Shown: positions 11,216-20,686 of the stretch, piece by piece
How the letters are laid out: every line of letters starts with the position of its first letter
How positions within the stretch are numbered: the first letter of the stretch is position 1
Origin: Pyrinomonadaceae bacterium
GTDB taxonomy: Bacteria; Acidobacteriota; Blastocatellia; Pyrinomonadales; Pyrinomonadaceae
DNA length: 64,000 nucleotides
Assembly: GCA_036006355.1 (NCBI GenBank)
Contig: DASYPT010000100.1
Location: 5,724-69,723 of the forward strand
Direction of reading: 5' to 3'
Made by a program: the position numbers and the translations under genes
The notes under the pieces: generated by a model
What the model was told of the DNA's origin: nothing
The model's input: only the letters and a program-made list of their open reading frames with translations
Database searches by the model: none

Positions 11216-11665
11216 TCAAAACAGCTTGCGACTATCCAACATTAGAGTCACGGGTCCATCGTTTACGAGTTCGACATGCATCATTTTACGGAAGCTTCCA
11301 GTCTCAACTCTCTCAACTAATTCTCTGCACTTTTGCACAAAATACTCGTAAAGCGGCTCAGCTACTTCCGGCGGAGCTGCGTCGCTCCATGACGGTCTTA
11401 GGCCTCGACGTACATCTCCGTACAACGTGAATTGCGAAACGACAAGCAGACCTCCGAATGAATCTTTCAAAGAGACATTCATTCGACCAGCTAAGTCATC
11501 AAAGATTCGCAAAGCAACGATCTTTGGCGCAAGATAATCCGCGTCTTCCTGCGTGTCATCCAAAGCGATGCCAAGAAGAACGACGAGACCATTGGCTATC
11601 TGACCCACTATTTCACCTTCGATGGTGACTTTGGCTCGCGTTACCCGCTGAACAACTGCTCGCAT
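11216..11665 (-). CDS. dtd: D-aminoacyl-tRNA deacylase
   Basis: 149 aa. MRAVVQRV..., SQFTLYGD and GLRPSW motifs are typical of Dtd. Confidence 0.9.
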   Translation of the reverse strand: MRAVVQRVTRAKVTIEGEIVGQIANGLVVLLGIALDDTQEDADYLAPKIVALRIFDDLAGRMNVSLKDSFGGLLVVSQFTLYGDVRRGLRPSWSDAAPPEVAEPLYEYFVQKCRELVERVETGSFRKMMHVELVNDGPVTLMLDSRKLF

Positions 11666-11671
11666 CTTAAT

Positions 11672-11771
11672 GTCCGATAAACTTTAGTTTGTCGTGCGTG
11701 TGGTCCAGCCGCCTGGGAATTGATCAGCGTTCTGCAAATCGCAGCATCGACAAACTAAAAGTTCGTCGGAC
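11672..11771. repeat. family A terminal-inverted-repeat element copy 1 (100 bp)
   Basis: GTCCGATAAACTTTAGTTTGTCGTG ... CGACAAACTAAAAGTTCGTCGGAC. It ends 5 nt from the stop of 11777..12496. Confidence 0.9.
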
Positions 11772-11776
11772 AAAGA

Positions 11777-12496
11777 TCACTTCTTCGGAGGTTTTGATGG
11801 TCTGATTTCGACCCGACTCGGCAGACTTCGATCCGGATGATTCAGTAGGTCCAAGACGACGCGTGCAACATCTTCGGGTTGCAGTTGCCAACTCTGCTCT
11901 TCGGAAGGCTCGTCCCCACCAAAATGCGTGTTCACCGAACCGGGCATGACATAGCTGACTTTGATTCCGTCGTACCGCACTTCCTGCATCAATGCCTCGC
12001 TAAAACCATTAAGCCCAAACTTCGACGCGTTGTAAGCAGCCATACGAGGATGAGCGTTCACTCCTGCAAGTGAAGAAATGTTGATAATGTAGCCACCACC
12101 CCGTTGCTTCATCAGTGGAATGGCCCGATGGCAACAGTGATAGACGCCGAGAACATTTGTTTCAAGGATTGCCCGAAAATCTTCCGGCGGCATCTGCTCA
12201 ACTGTTGCGAAGATACCTATGCCGGCGTTGTTCACTAGAATGTCGATACCACCAAAAGCCTTAACCGCCGTTTCAAATAACTTCCCGACTTGCGTGTAAT
12301 CACGCACATCACAAACTGAGCCGGCAACTCGTCCCAGGCCGATTTTGTTCAACTCAGCAACTGTTAGTTCAATCTCGGCAGATTTCCGCGAACTGACAAC
12401 GACGTTAACATCACCCCGCACCAAGGCTGTCGCTATTGCTTTCCCGATGCCTTTTGTACTTCCAGTTACGACGGCAGTCTTGCCTTTGAGCTCCAT
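11777..12496 (-). CDS. SDR family oxidoreductase
   Basis: Contains the TGSTKGIGKA, NNAGIG and YNASK motifs. Confidence 0.85.
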   Translation of the reverse strand: MELKGKTAVVTGSTKGIGKAIATALVRGDVNVVVSSRKSAEIELTVAELNKIGLGRVAGSVCDVRDYTQVGKLFETAVKAFGGIDILVNNAGIGIFATVEQMPPEDFRAILETNVLGVYHCCHRAIPLMKQRGGGYIINISSLAGVNAHPRMAAYNASKFGLNGFSEALMQEVRYDGIKVSYVMPGSVNTHFGGDEPSEEQSWQLQPEDVARVVLDLLNHPDRSLPSRVEIRPSKPPKK

Positions 12497-12502
12497 ATCA
12501 AC

Positions 12503-13975
12503 TTAACCGTTCAGCTTTGTCCGCAATCGCTCATTCACGATCTTTGGATTGGCCTTGCCCTTGGACGCCTTGATCACCTGACCCACGAAGAAACCAAACA
12601 AAGCTTGTTTGCCGCCTCGATAATTTGCTGCCTGATCAGGATTCGCGTCGATAACCTCATCGATGAGTGAATCGATCTCTCCGGTATCGCTGAGTTGAAC
12701 CAGGCCCTTTGCCTCAATGATCGCTTGCGCAGTTTTGCCGGTCTTGAACATTTCAACCAGGACATCTTTGCCTTGTTTCCCGCTTATCTTCTCCTCATCA
12801 ATTAAACGCACTAGTGCAGCCAACTCCGTTGCTGGTACTGGCGATTCAGCGGCTGATACTCCACCACTCTCGAGCTCTCGCAATAGTTCTGAACGGATCC
12901 AGTTTGCTGTTGCTCGCGGGTTCCCTGATGCTCTCGCCGCGTCTTCGTAATATTCAGACAAAGCACGATCAGAAACCAACTGGGAGGCGTCGGCGAACGA
13001 CAAATCATATTGCTCCATGAAACGTTGCCGACGAACTTCCGGCAGCTCTGGCATCTCGCGTTTGACTCGCTCCACAAAATCGTTCGATACGATCACGGGT
13101 GGCAAGTCCGGTTCGGGAAAGTAGCGGTAGTCGTGAGCCTCCTCTTTGGAACGCATCACACGCGTTTCCATTGACTTGTCATCCCAAAGCCGCGTCTCCT
13201 GAGTCAACGTGCCGCCGGCTTCGAGCGTCTTGATGTGCCTCGCAACCTCAAATTCGATCGCGCGCTGCATAAACCGAACTGAGTTCAAGTTTTTCAACTC
13301 TACCTTTGTTCCAAACCTCTCCTCACCAACACGACGAACAGAAACGTTAGCCTCACAACGGAGGTTGCCCTTCTCCATGTCCGCTTCAGAAGCACCGACC
13401 CATTGCAGCGAACGACGAACATGATTGACGTAATCGTACGCTTCCCATGAAGAACGAAAGTCAGGCTCGGTCACGATCTCAGCAAGTGGAACTCCAGCAC
13501 GATTCAGATCGATATAGGAGTAACGATCGACATCGGGCAATCCTTCATGCACGTTCTTCCCAGCATCTTCTTCGAGATGGAGTCTGGTGATTCGTATCTT
13601 CTTGGGACGCCACTCCCTCGGATGACCCGCATCATCGCGTTCTGCCGTCATGAATTCCAGTTCGCCATCAGCAGAGAACGGTCGATCGTACTGAGAGATT
13701 TGATAACCCTTGGGAAGATCTGGATAGAAGTAATTCTTCCGCGCAAAGATTGAGGTGTTGTTGATCTTTAGACCGAGGGAGAGTGCAGCTCGTGCGCCTA
13801 GCTCCAGCGCGTGGCGGTTAAGCACAGGCAATGCGCCTGGCAAACCGAGACAAACGGGGCACGTGTTTGCGTTTGGCTCATCGCCAAATCTCGTCGCGCA
13901 ACCGCAGAAGATCTTTGATTCAGTATTGAGCTGGGCGTGAATTTCCAGCCCGATTATGGTTTCCCAATTGTTCAT
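12503..13975 (-). CDS. gatB: Asp-tRNA(Asn)/Glu-tRNA(Gln) amidotransferase subunit B
   Basis: 490 aa. The N-terminus WETIIGLEIHAQLNTESKIFCGC is canonical GatB. Confidence 0.95.
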   Translation of the reverse strand: MNNWETIIGLEIHAQLNTESKIFCGCATRFGDEPNANTCPVCLGLPGALPVLNRHALELGARAALSLGLKINNTSIFARKNYFYPDLPKGYQISQYDRPFSADGELEFMTAERDDAGHPREWRPKKIRITRLHLEEDAGKNVHEGLPDVDRYSYIDLNRAGVPLAEIVTEPDFRSSWEAYDYVNHVRRSLQWVGASEADMEKGNLRCEANVSVRRVGEERFGTKVELKNLNSVRFMQRAIEFEVARHIKTLEAGGTLTQETRLWDDKSMETRVMRSKEEAHDYRYFPEPDLPPVIVSNDFVERVKREMPELPEVRRQRFMEQYDLSFADASQLVSDRALSEYYEDAARASGNPRATANWIRSELLRELESGGVSAAESPVPATELAALVRLIDEEKISGKQGKDVLVEMFKTGKTAQAIIEAKGLVQLSDTGEIDSLIDEVIDANPDQAANYRGGKQALFGFFVGQVIKASKGKANPKIVNERLRTKLNG

Positions 13976-13993
13976 GGTGGTTTGTGGTTTGTG

Positions 13994-14085
13994 GTCAGTA
14001 GTCAGTAGTCAGTGGTCCAGTGGTGATAGGACCTGTGGAACCTATTCGACCTATTACCACTGACCACTGACTACTGACTACTGAC
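13994..14085. repeat. family E element copy 2
   Basis: Arms GTCAGTAGTCAGTAGTCAGTGGTCCAGTGGTG / CACTGACCACTGACTACTGACTACTGAC. Core at 14026-14056 is ATAGGACCT GTGGAACCT ATTCGACCT. Confidence 0.85.
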
Positions 14086-14544
14086 AATTACCGCAGCCAT
14101 CCCAGATACGCGCCGTTCATCCGAGCTTCAACTTCAAGACGACGCCAGCGTATCAGCTGAAAGAAGTAGAAATAGGAGAATCAGCGCGGCAAGAGTTGCA
14201 CCACCCGTTCGTTTTCTCATAAACGCGCCACCTTTTCCAGAAGTATAAACGCCTAGCCCGCGAACGGTGAAGGATAGAGCATGAGCTTTGTTCTTTCTTC
14301 TTTGACCCTTCATTTCCTTCAGCCACATACGTGCAAAGAACTAAGCACAAAGTTCAAGCGTCGCCGTTTACCTCGTTTTCCTTGTTTTTTAAAGCTTTAT
14401 GACTAGATTTTCCAATAGCTCTTTGATATACATGCCGCCGCGATTAACCGTAGCCTCCCGGTAGAACCATCTGCGGACGCCTGTTAGCCGAACCGGCGAC
14501 ACCGCTCGTCCTTTGACCCTTTGACAGAGGAGTTAAACCAAATC

Positions 14545-14904
14545 ATGGCAAAGACTGTTTGCAAGATTTTGGGGGTTGTCTTCTTACTGGTCGGAGTCGC
14601 TGGTTTTGCAAAGCCGGATCTACTCGGTGCACATCTGAATCCGCCCCATAACGTCGTTCACATCGTTTCGGGTGTTATCGCCCTTTATTTTGGCTTTGCT
14701 GGGTCAATATCGGGGGCTAAGGCTTTAGCGCTCGTTTTCGGTGTCGTTTATTTGGCTCTGGGGATTTTGGGCCTGGCAATGGGTGGGGGCGCCGAACACC
14801 TGTGGCAGGTCGGGCCGCTCCATCTTGGGCAGGTGGATCATGGCATCCACATTGTGCTGGGCGTGGTCTTTCTCGCTGGAGGCTTGTTTACCAAAACATC
14901 TTGA
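14545..14904 (+). CDS. small membrane protein, DUF4383-like
   Basis: Start set at ATG 14545 (AGAGGAG upstream). It has four hydrophobic helices and an HNVVHIVSGVIALYFG motif. Confidence 0.6.
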   Translation: MAKTVCKILGVVFLLVGVAGFAKPDLLGAHLNPPHNVVHIVSGVIALYFGFAGSISGAKALALVFGVVYLALGILGLAMGGGAEHLWQVGPLHLGQVDHGIHIVLGVVFLAGGLFTKTS

Positions 14905-14989
14905 GAATTGACATTCAGGTTGCAAGGCGGATTCGATAAGCTGACGCAATTGCGCCCACGAATTCTTAACTTTGCAACCTGAAGCCTTC

Positions 14990-17323
14990 TTAGAATCTTA
15001 GTTTGATCCCTCCTCTACCGACGGCGCCGGGTGCAAGAAAACCGTTTTCGTAGTACGTCCGATCGAATAGGTTCTCGACTCCCGCAAACAAGGTTACTTT
15101 CACTTTCTCAGATGCTGAACGTTCGTAACTAGCGAACACATCCGCCTTCGTATATCCAGGAAAAGTTAACTCTGCCATTCGAAATGGAGAGTTGTTCTCA
15201 AAAACTGGCGCCAAATATGAACCAGTTCGATTAACTTCCAGGCTGACAAGGAATGGGCGATAACGCTGGCTCCAGAAAAAACCGATCAAATGTTTTGGAA
15301 TAACATATTCCGGTTGCAGACCGTGTGACGGGACTGAACGATCACTATTAGTGAAAGTGTAAGCTGCACGAATTTCAGCACCCTTCCACGGCGCAGCCTC
15401 TAGATAAGTCTCCACGCCGCGTGAGAGTCCACCCGGTCGATTGAGATAACCGCTGAACCTGCCAAGTCCGAGCGGGTCAACGGAAAACCCCGTGAACGCA
15501 ACTACGCGTTGCAATCGTGTGTAGAAATAGGTTGCTCCCAGTGAAACTCTGTCAGTCGCTAAACGCTGATCGAAACCGCCATCAACACTGATCGATTGCT
15601 CGGCTTTTAACGTTGGGTCGCCAAATCGCACGGGTCCGGCACTGCCAAATGTTCCCTCTCCAAATCTTTCAAACAAAGACGGTGCTCTGAATCCATTACC
15701 AATGTGACCGCGCAACTTTGTTCCCGTCGTGCGAAACAAATACGCAACTGACCCGTCTCCCGTAATGGAGCTTTCGGCGTCGCGACCTGCTAGTTCACCC
15801 GGACGATCGGCACTCCTGATCCGGTACGATTGAATGCGTGCCCCTAACGAAAACCGAAGTCGATCATCAAGAAAAGCGAATTGATCTTGTCCAAAGACGG
15901 CAAAGGTTCGTTGATGATCAGTTGTGTTGTTGAATGTAGAAAACGATGGTTGGGAACTCTGGAAGAAGCTCTCGCGCTCAAATTCAAAGCCAGCCGTTGC
16001 CAGGTTCGATCGGCCAAGCGTGAAATTTAAGCGACCATCGAATGTATCGATCGTTCCGTTGTTAACGCTTGTCAGTTCGAAATCGCCAAACGGCACGAAA
16101 GAAGTAAATCTCGGATCGACTGCCGGTCCATTGTAGTTTCTTCGGTTTGTTCCTACTCGTTGGTAAGCCAAACTATATGAGACACGATCGCTGACAACTT
16201 GAGTAAACCTGCCGGAACCGACCAGCAGTCGATTGCGTCTACCTTGATCCGGATTGTTGAAGTCAGGCTGGAAGGTTATGCCAGCTACAGCCGACGGGAA
16301 TTGTTGACCACTAAACGCGCCTGGCAAAGCGAAAGGATTGTCATTCACCCGAGCATTTGCGGCGTCGCCGAAGAAAGTTCCGGTTATGGCGATTGAATGA
16401 GTCGGCTTGAATTGCGCCCGTGCGATAAATGACGAATTCCCATACGCGTCGTCCTTATCTATCCCTCTTCGCACGTCCAGCCGATCTACACCGATATTGA
16501 AGCCAAATCGTTCAGCACCTCCCGCTACCTGCAAGCGCTCGCGATATGTGCCAAGGGAACCGCCGTCGAAACTGCTACTAAAGTGAAGTCCTCGCGTCCC
16601 TGAATCCGGAATCACATTAACCACGCCACCAATCGCATGCGTTCCATAAATCGATGAACCTGAGCCGCGAAGTATTTCAACGCGATCTAGGGACACAAGC
16701 GGGAGATCTGAAACCAACGAGACCGCAGACCCGTTGATATCGCCGGCATCGCGGACGCGTAACCCATCGAGAAGTATTGCAGTGTCAAATGTGCGTTGAC
16801 CACGCAAACGCAGCGTGGCCAGGGCGCCCGGCGAGCCTTGTTGCTGAACTCGAACTCCCGGGGTTCCTCTCAGGGCCTCAGAAAAAGCAAGTTCATGTCG
16901 CTGGTCAATCTGCTGACTATCAATGACTGATAACACCTTCGCGGCTTCTTCAATCCGCTCAGCCGTTCCGTTGGCTGTTACGACTACACTTTCGGTAATA
17001 GAAGCCACTGCTAAAGTGATCTGCAACTCTTTGCTTTCACCGCGTGCCAGTCGGATTTCATCATGCGTGTAGGGCGCGAAACCAGGAGCATTAACTTCAA
17101 GGAGATAGGTTCCAGACATCAAACCTCTGAACTCAAACTTGCCCATTTCATCGGTAGTTGTAGAAGACTGCAGACCTGGGTTGGTCAGCAGTCGAAGGCG
17201 AGCGCCCGGGATTTTTGCGCGGTTACTGTCTGTAACTGTTCCCTGAATGTCGCCGGTTGATTGTGCGTAAGCACTGAAGGAAAGAACTGTACTGAAGAAA
17301 ATTATTGAAACGATTCTTTTCAT
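14990..17323 (-). CDS. TonB-dependent receptor with N-terminal carboxypeptidase-regulatory-like domain (BtuB-like by context)
   Basis: Start moved from 17533 to ATG 17323 (GGAGA upstream; signal peptide MKRIVSIIFFSTVLSFSAYAQ). The longer track ORF reads through a riboswitch and a repeat. The protein has plug and barrel regions and a C-terminal Phe. Confidence 0.88.
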   Translation of the reverse strand: MKRIVSIIFFSTVLSFSAYAQSTGDIQGTVTDSNRAKIPGARLRLLTNPGLQSSTTTDEMGKFEFRGLMSGTYLLEVNAPGFAPYTHDEIRLARGESKELQITLAVASITESVVVTANGTAERIEEAAKVLSVIDSQQIDQRHELAFSEALRGTPGVRVQQQGSPGALATLRLRGQRTFDTAILLDGLRVRDAGDINGSAVSLVSDLPLVSLDRVEILRGSGSSIYGTHAIGGVVNVIPDSGTRGLHFSSSFDGGSLGTYRERLQVAGGAERFGFNIGVDRLDVRRGIDKDDAYGNSSFIARAQFKPTHSIAITGTFFGDAANARVNDNPFALPGAFSGQQFPSAVAGITFQPDFNNPDQGRRNRLLVGSGRFTQVVSDRVSYSLAYQRVGTNRRNYNGPAVDPRFTSFVPFGDFELTSVNNGTIDTFDGRLNFTLGRSNLATAGFEFERESFFQSSQPSFSTFNNTTDHQRTFAVFGQDQFAFLDDRLRFSLGARIQSYRIRSADRPGELAGRDAESSITGDGSVAYLFRTTGTKLRGHIGNGFRAPSLFERFGEGTFGSAGPVRFGDPTLKAEQSISVDGGFDQRLATDRVSLGATYFYTRLQRVVAFTGFSVDPLGLGRFSGYLNRPGGLSRGVETYLEAAPWKGAEIRAAYTFTNSDRSVPSHGLQPEYVIPKHLIGFFWSQRYRPFLVSLEVNRTGSYLAPVFENNSPFRMAELTFPGYTKADVFASYERSASEKVKVTLFAGVENLFDRTYYENGFLAPGAVGRGGIKLRF

Positions 17324-17364
17324 GTTAGCTTCTCCTGCCCGTCGCAGTGCGAGCCGAAATAGAA

Positions 17365-17645
17365 TCGCTGAAAGGTTTCCTGACTCGCAGTATTGACCCA
17401 ATAGATCGCGGATCGCCTTAACTCCTCGCCTTCCCAGATTTCTCCAGTGGCTGATTTGTCCGACGAACTTTAGTTTGTCGTTGGCGTGAATAGTGGCCCG
17501 CGAAAAGAACACAGAGGCCGTAACGTCACGCACGACAAACTAAAGTTCGTCGGACTTCTTTGAGGAACTAAATTACTGCATACAGTTGCGCGGGCAGTGG
17601 CGGCATCTCACCGCCTTCCCTTACCAAGCGACTCTTCGGTTATCA
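17365..17645 (-). promoter_or_regulatory. cobalamin riboswitch 2, interrupted by a family A element
   Basis: Read on the minus strand. Core AAGGGAAGGCGGUGAGAUGCCGCCACUGCCCGCGCAACUGU is at 17582-17622. Distal GCCACUGGAGAAAUCUGGGAAGGCG is at 17427-17451. A B12-box-like GAGUCAGGAAACC is at 17371-17388. Confidence 0.6.
17458..17555. repeat. family A element copy 2 (98 bp), inside riboswitch 2
   Basis: GTCCGACGAACTTTAGTTTGTCG ... CGACAAACTAAAGTTCGTCGGAC; the terminal inverted repeats are perfect. Confidence 0.92.
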
Positions 17646-17659
17646 ATTTGCCGATACAG

Positions 17660-18436
17660 TTAATGTACCGGCGTGACGCGAGGCACACCTGAAATCGGAT
17701 GCGCATCGACTAATACATCCACAGAAAATACTTCTCGTAACAAATCCGGCACCAACACTTGCTGCGTTGTTCCGGTTTTCACTACTTGTCCACCTTTCAG
17801 CAATAGAATGACGTCGGCAAACTGTGCAGCGAGATTAATGTCATGAGTGATAACAAGCGCCGACGAACTTCGCGAATTGCAACGTTCTCTAACGAGGCCA
17901 AGCAGGGTGGCCTGATGAGAAAGATCCAGATTCGCGGTGGGTTCGTCCAGTAACAAGATCGGCGCTTCGGTTGCTAAGGCTCGAGCCAGGACCGCTCGTT
18001 GACGTTCACCCCCGGAAAGCTCATTCATCATTCGACCACTGAGTTCGTGTAGCTCGGTTTCATCCAGGACTGCTTCCGCAACCTCAAGATCACGTTCGCC
18101 CTCCCAACCCCACGTAGTGCTGTTGGCCCAGACGAAGCGTCCACCAAGGACATACTCGAATACCGTGATCGGAAACCGCAGCTCTGCTTCCTGTGCAACA
18201 ACCGTGATCTGTTTAGCGATCGCCCGCCGACTCAACTTCCCGAGGGACTTGTCGTTGAGGAGAATTGTTCCGCTGTTGGGGATCAAACTTCCATTCAGTG
18301 ATCGCAATAGTGTCGATTTACCAGCACCGTTTGGTCCAATCACGGCTGTTACCACACCTGGTTCCAACAACATTGAGACGTTGTCCACGGCAGTTCGATG
18401 ACCGTACTTGATTGTTAGATTGCGAGCTTCGAGCAA
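17660..18436 (-). CDS. ABC transporter ATP-binding protein (FecE/BtuD type)
   Basis: Contains GPNGAGKST, LSGGERQR and LLLDEPT. Confidence 0.9.
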   Translation of the reverse strand: MLEARNLTIKYGHRTAVDNVSMLLEPGVVTAVIGPNGAGKSTLLRSLNGSLIPNSGTILLNDKSLGKLSRRAIAKQITVVAQEAELRFPITVFEYVLGGRFVWANSTTWGWEGERDLEVAEAVLDETELHELSGRMMNELSGGERQRAVLARALATEAPILLLDEPTANLDLSHQATLLGLVRERCNSRSSSALVITHDINLAAQFADVILLLKGGQVVKTGTTQQVLVPDLLREVFSVDVLVDAHPISGVPRVTPVH

Positions 18437-18437
18437 G

Positions 18438-19472
18438 TTAGACTCTCTTCAAAAGATAAATAAATAAAGGAGCGCCAATCAGCGCGGTAATTGCTCCCAC
18501 GGGTAACTCGCGGGGGGCAATCACAGTGCGAGCGATTGTGTCCGCAACAATCACAAACAACGCTCCGCCAAGCGTCGCACTCGGAATACTGATCCGGTTA
18601 TCACTTCCCACCGACAACCTTGTGAGATGAGGCACTACCAAACCTACGTATCCGACCGAGCCGCTCGCAGCAACGGAACTTCCTACCAACAAGCTAGCGA
18701 TAAGAAATATCGTTACCCGCACTCGACTAACTTCTACGCCGAGGTCGAATGCGTCGCGTTCGCCGAGCATCAACAAATTCAATGAACGTGCGTTGAGCGT
18801 CAGGATGATCGCGCCAACGACCGCAACGGCTATTGGCACTGGTAATAAGCCGGTGTTTGCGCCCGACAGATCCCCTAACAACCAGAACGTAAAAGATCGG
18901 ATACGTGTCGCATCCATCATCGTGGTTACAAACACGATGATGGACGACAGGAACGTAGTTACGATGACGCCTGCCAGGATCAATCTCTCAGGAGTTGCCC
19001 CAACTCTTCCCCGTGCCAATCTATAAACAGCAAAAGTTGCAACCAATGCTCCCGCGAACGCCATTAGCGGTCGACTCCACTCGAGACTTCCGAAAAACAA
19101 CAGCGCTAACATCGTCCCAACAGCAGCTCCGTTTGAAACCCCGAGAAGATAAGGCTCTGCCAACGGATTTCTGAGCAATGCCTGGTAACCGGCGCCAGCG
19201 GTTGCCAGTGAACCTCCGACAGCCGCTGCCAGCAAGATTCGAGGCAAACGTATCTGAAACAGAATATCGAAGTGATCGCTGGTCAATCCGCACTGTCTGG
19301 CGCCAAGCGTCGTCAGTGCACAGAGTGAATTGGAAACAGGTAGTCGTTCACTTCCAAGTAAAGAAGCCGCGCCAACCACAATAACCAACGCAGCAACAAG
19401 GAACAGCAAGGTTATTATTGTTCGCCGAAGCGTTACTCTGTTTTGGTTGGACAGCCGCGAACTGGTCATCAC
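18438..19472 (-). CDS. FecCD-family ABC permease (BtuC-like)
   Basis: 344 aa, polytopic. Contains FecCD-like LAEPYLLGVSNGAA and a C-terminal GAITALIGAPLFIYLL. Confidence 0.9.
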   Translation of the reverse strand: MMTSSRLSNQNRVTLRRTIITLLFLVAALVIVVGAASLLGSERLPVSNSLCALTTLGARQCGLTSDHFDILFQIRLPRILLAAAVGGSLATAGAGYQALLRNPLAEPYLLGVSNGAAVGTMLALLFFGSLEWSRPLMAFAGALVATFAVYRLARGRVGATPERLILAGVIVTTFLSSIIVFVTTMMDATRIRSFTFWLLGDLSGANTGLLPVPIAVAVVGAIILTLNARSLNLLMLGERDAFDLGVEVSRVRVTIFLIASLLVGSSVAASGSVGYVGLVVPHLTRLSVGSDNRISIPSATLGGALFVIVADTIARTVIAPRELPVGAITALIGAPLFIYLLKRV

Positions 19473-20398
19473 TTGAAGACTTCGGGATGAAGCACTCTTG
19501 CCATCTCCTCCAATCCGTCGACGGCCCTCGGTCCCGGACGTACCAAATGATCGTCGTTGATTTTGTAGACTCTGCCGGTCTTTGCGGCCGGCGAGCTTGC
19601 CAGAGCTTTCGCGACGGTTCCATTACCCTCGCCCATTGATCCGCCCGTGGGAAGAATTATCGCGTCAGGCCTGGCTGCAAGCGCTGCTTCTGCACTGTAC
19701 TTGGGCCACGCTCCCGGGACATTGGCCGTCACCGAATCTGCTCCGGCGCGTTTGAGCAGATCCGTAACGAATGAGTCGTGTCCAGCTGTGTAAAGTGGTT
19801 CAGCAGAAAGTTGATAGAACGTTCTAATGCGTGGAGATTGTTTTAATGCGTTGTCTACAGCCATTGCGCGCGCTCGCAGCGAGGACACAACTGCGGTTGC
19901 CTGCTCCACGTAACCAAGAATTTGTCCAACCTGCTCGATAGAACGAAACACTCCTTCGAGATCATGTGGATCAGTAACGAACACCGCAATATTGTGACTT
20001 CTTAACTGCTCAGTGAAGACCTCGAGTTGTGAGGCAGTTGAGACAAGTACAACTTGAGGCTTCAACGCAATGATTCGTTCCAAATTGGGATGCTGAGTGT
20101 CGCCCACCTTTTCAATGTTCTTTGCTTGGACTGGATAGTCGCAGTAAGTTGTATCACCAGCAAGGCTGCTTCCCGCGCCAACAGCGAAAACTATCTCAGT
20201 CAAATTCGGCGCGAGCGAAATAACGCGATCCACTTTAGCCGGGAGGAAAACCTCTCGCCCCGCATCGTCAGTGATCCGTCGGGTGTTAGTGCTCGGATTG
20301 TTCAGAACTGCGGATGAGCGCGTGCAGGCCGCGACCGAAAATAAGGTTATCAGCAGAAGTGAAAGAGATTTGATAAAACGTGACGAGTTAAGAAACAC
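19469..20398 (-). CDS. periplasmic corrinoid/siderophore-binding lipoprotein (BtuF-like)
   Basis: DRVISLAPNLTEIVFAVGAG is a Peripla_BP_2 motif and LFSVAAC is a lipobox. Start set at GTG 20398 (alternative GTG 20407, GGAGG upstream). The track start at 20635 reads through riboswitch 1. Confidence 0.8.
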   Translation of the reverse strand: MFLNSSRFIKSLSLLLITLFSVAACTRSSAVLNNPSTNTRRITDDAGREVFLPAKVDRVISLAPNLTEIVFAVGAGSSLAGDTTYCDYPVQAKNIEKVGDTQHPNLERIIALKPQVVLVSTASQLEVFTEQLRSHNIAVFVTDPHDLEGVFRSIEQVGQILGYVEQATAVVSSLRARAMAVDNALKQSPRIRTFYQLSAEPLYTAGHDSFVTDLLKRAGADSVTANVPGAWPKYSAEAALAARPDAIILPTGGSMGEGNGTVAKALASSPAAKTGRVYKINDDHLVRPGPRAVDGLEEMARVLHPEVFK

Positions 20399-20511
20399 GA
20401 AACCCACTGACCTCCGATGTTCCAACAAAGGGAAACAGGCTTCAGCGGGATTAAGGATGGGAACCCACAAGCTGCCTGAACACCTTTGCGCGAGTGTTGA
20501 GAGGCGGCAAG

Positions 20512-20616
20512 TGTCTGGGCAGGTCTCCTGGCTTAGAGCAAACTCTTCACAGTGGCGCGACCGCGCGGGAATCTCACCCGCTTCCCTATTCTCCCCAATC
20601 GACTGGGGCACCCAAA
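20512..20616 (-). promoter_or_regulatory. cobalamin riboswitch 1 (short form)
   Basis: Minus-strand RNA reads GGUGCCCCAGUCGAUUGGGGAGAAUAGGGAAGCGGGUGAGAUUCCCGCGCGGUCGCGCCACUGUGAAGAGUUUGCUCUAAGCCAGGAGACCUGCC. It has all the core blocks and a canonical B12 box. Confidence 0.88.
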
Positions 20617-20686
20617 CACAATTTGAAAAGAGCAACTGTAATGTGGCGGCGACACTAACACCTTAAAGTGGGGGTGTCAAACTTCG

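Noticed and set aside
14134-14350. Small minus-strand ORFs 14134..14328 and 14153..14350 in the gap after gatB.
   Set aside because: They overlap each other and have no ribosome-binding site or recognisable family. Only a short hydrophobic tail (MRKRTGGATLAALILLFLLLSADTLASS) looks protein-like. The evidence is insufficient.
17324-17533. A 70-aa N-terminal extension of the TonB receptor ORF (MRDVTASVFFSRATIHANDKLKFVGQ...).
   Set aside because: It reads through a repeat element and riboswitch sequence. A proper signal peptide with a GGAGA ribosome-binding site begins at 17323.
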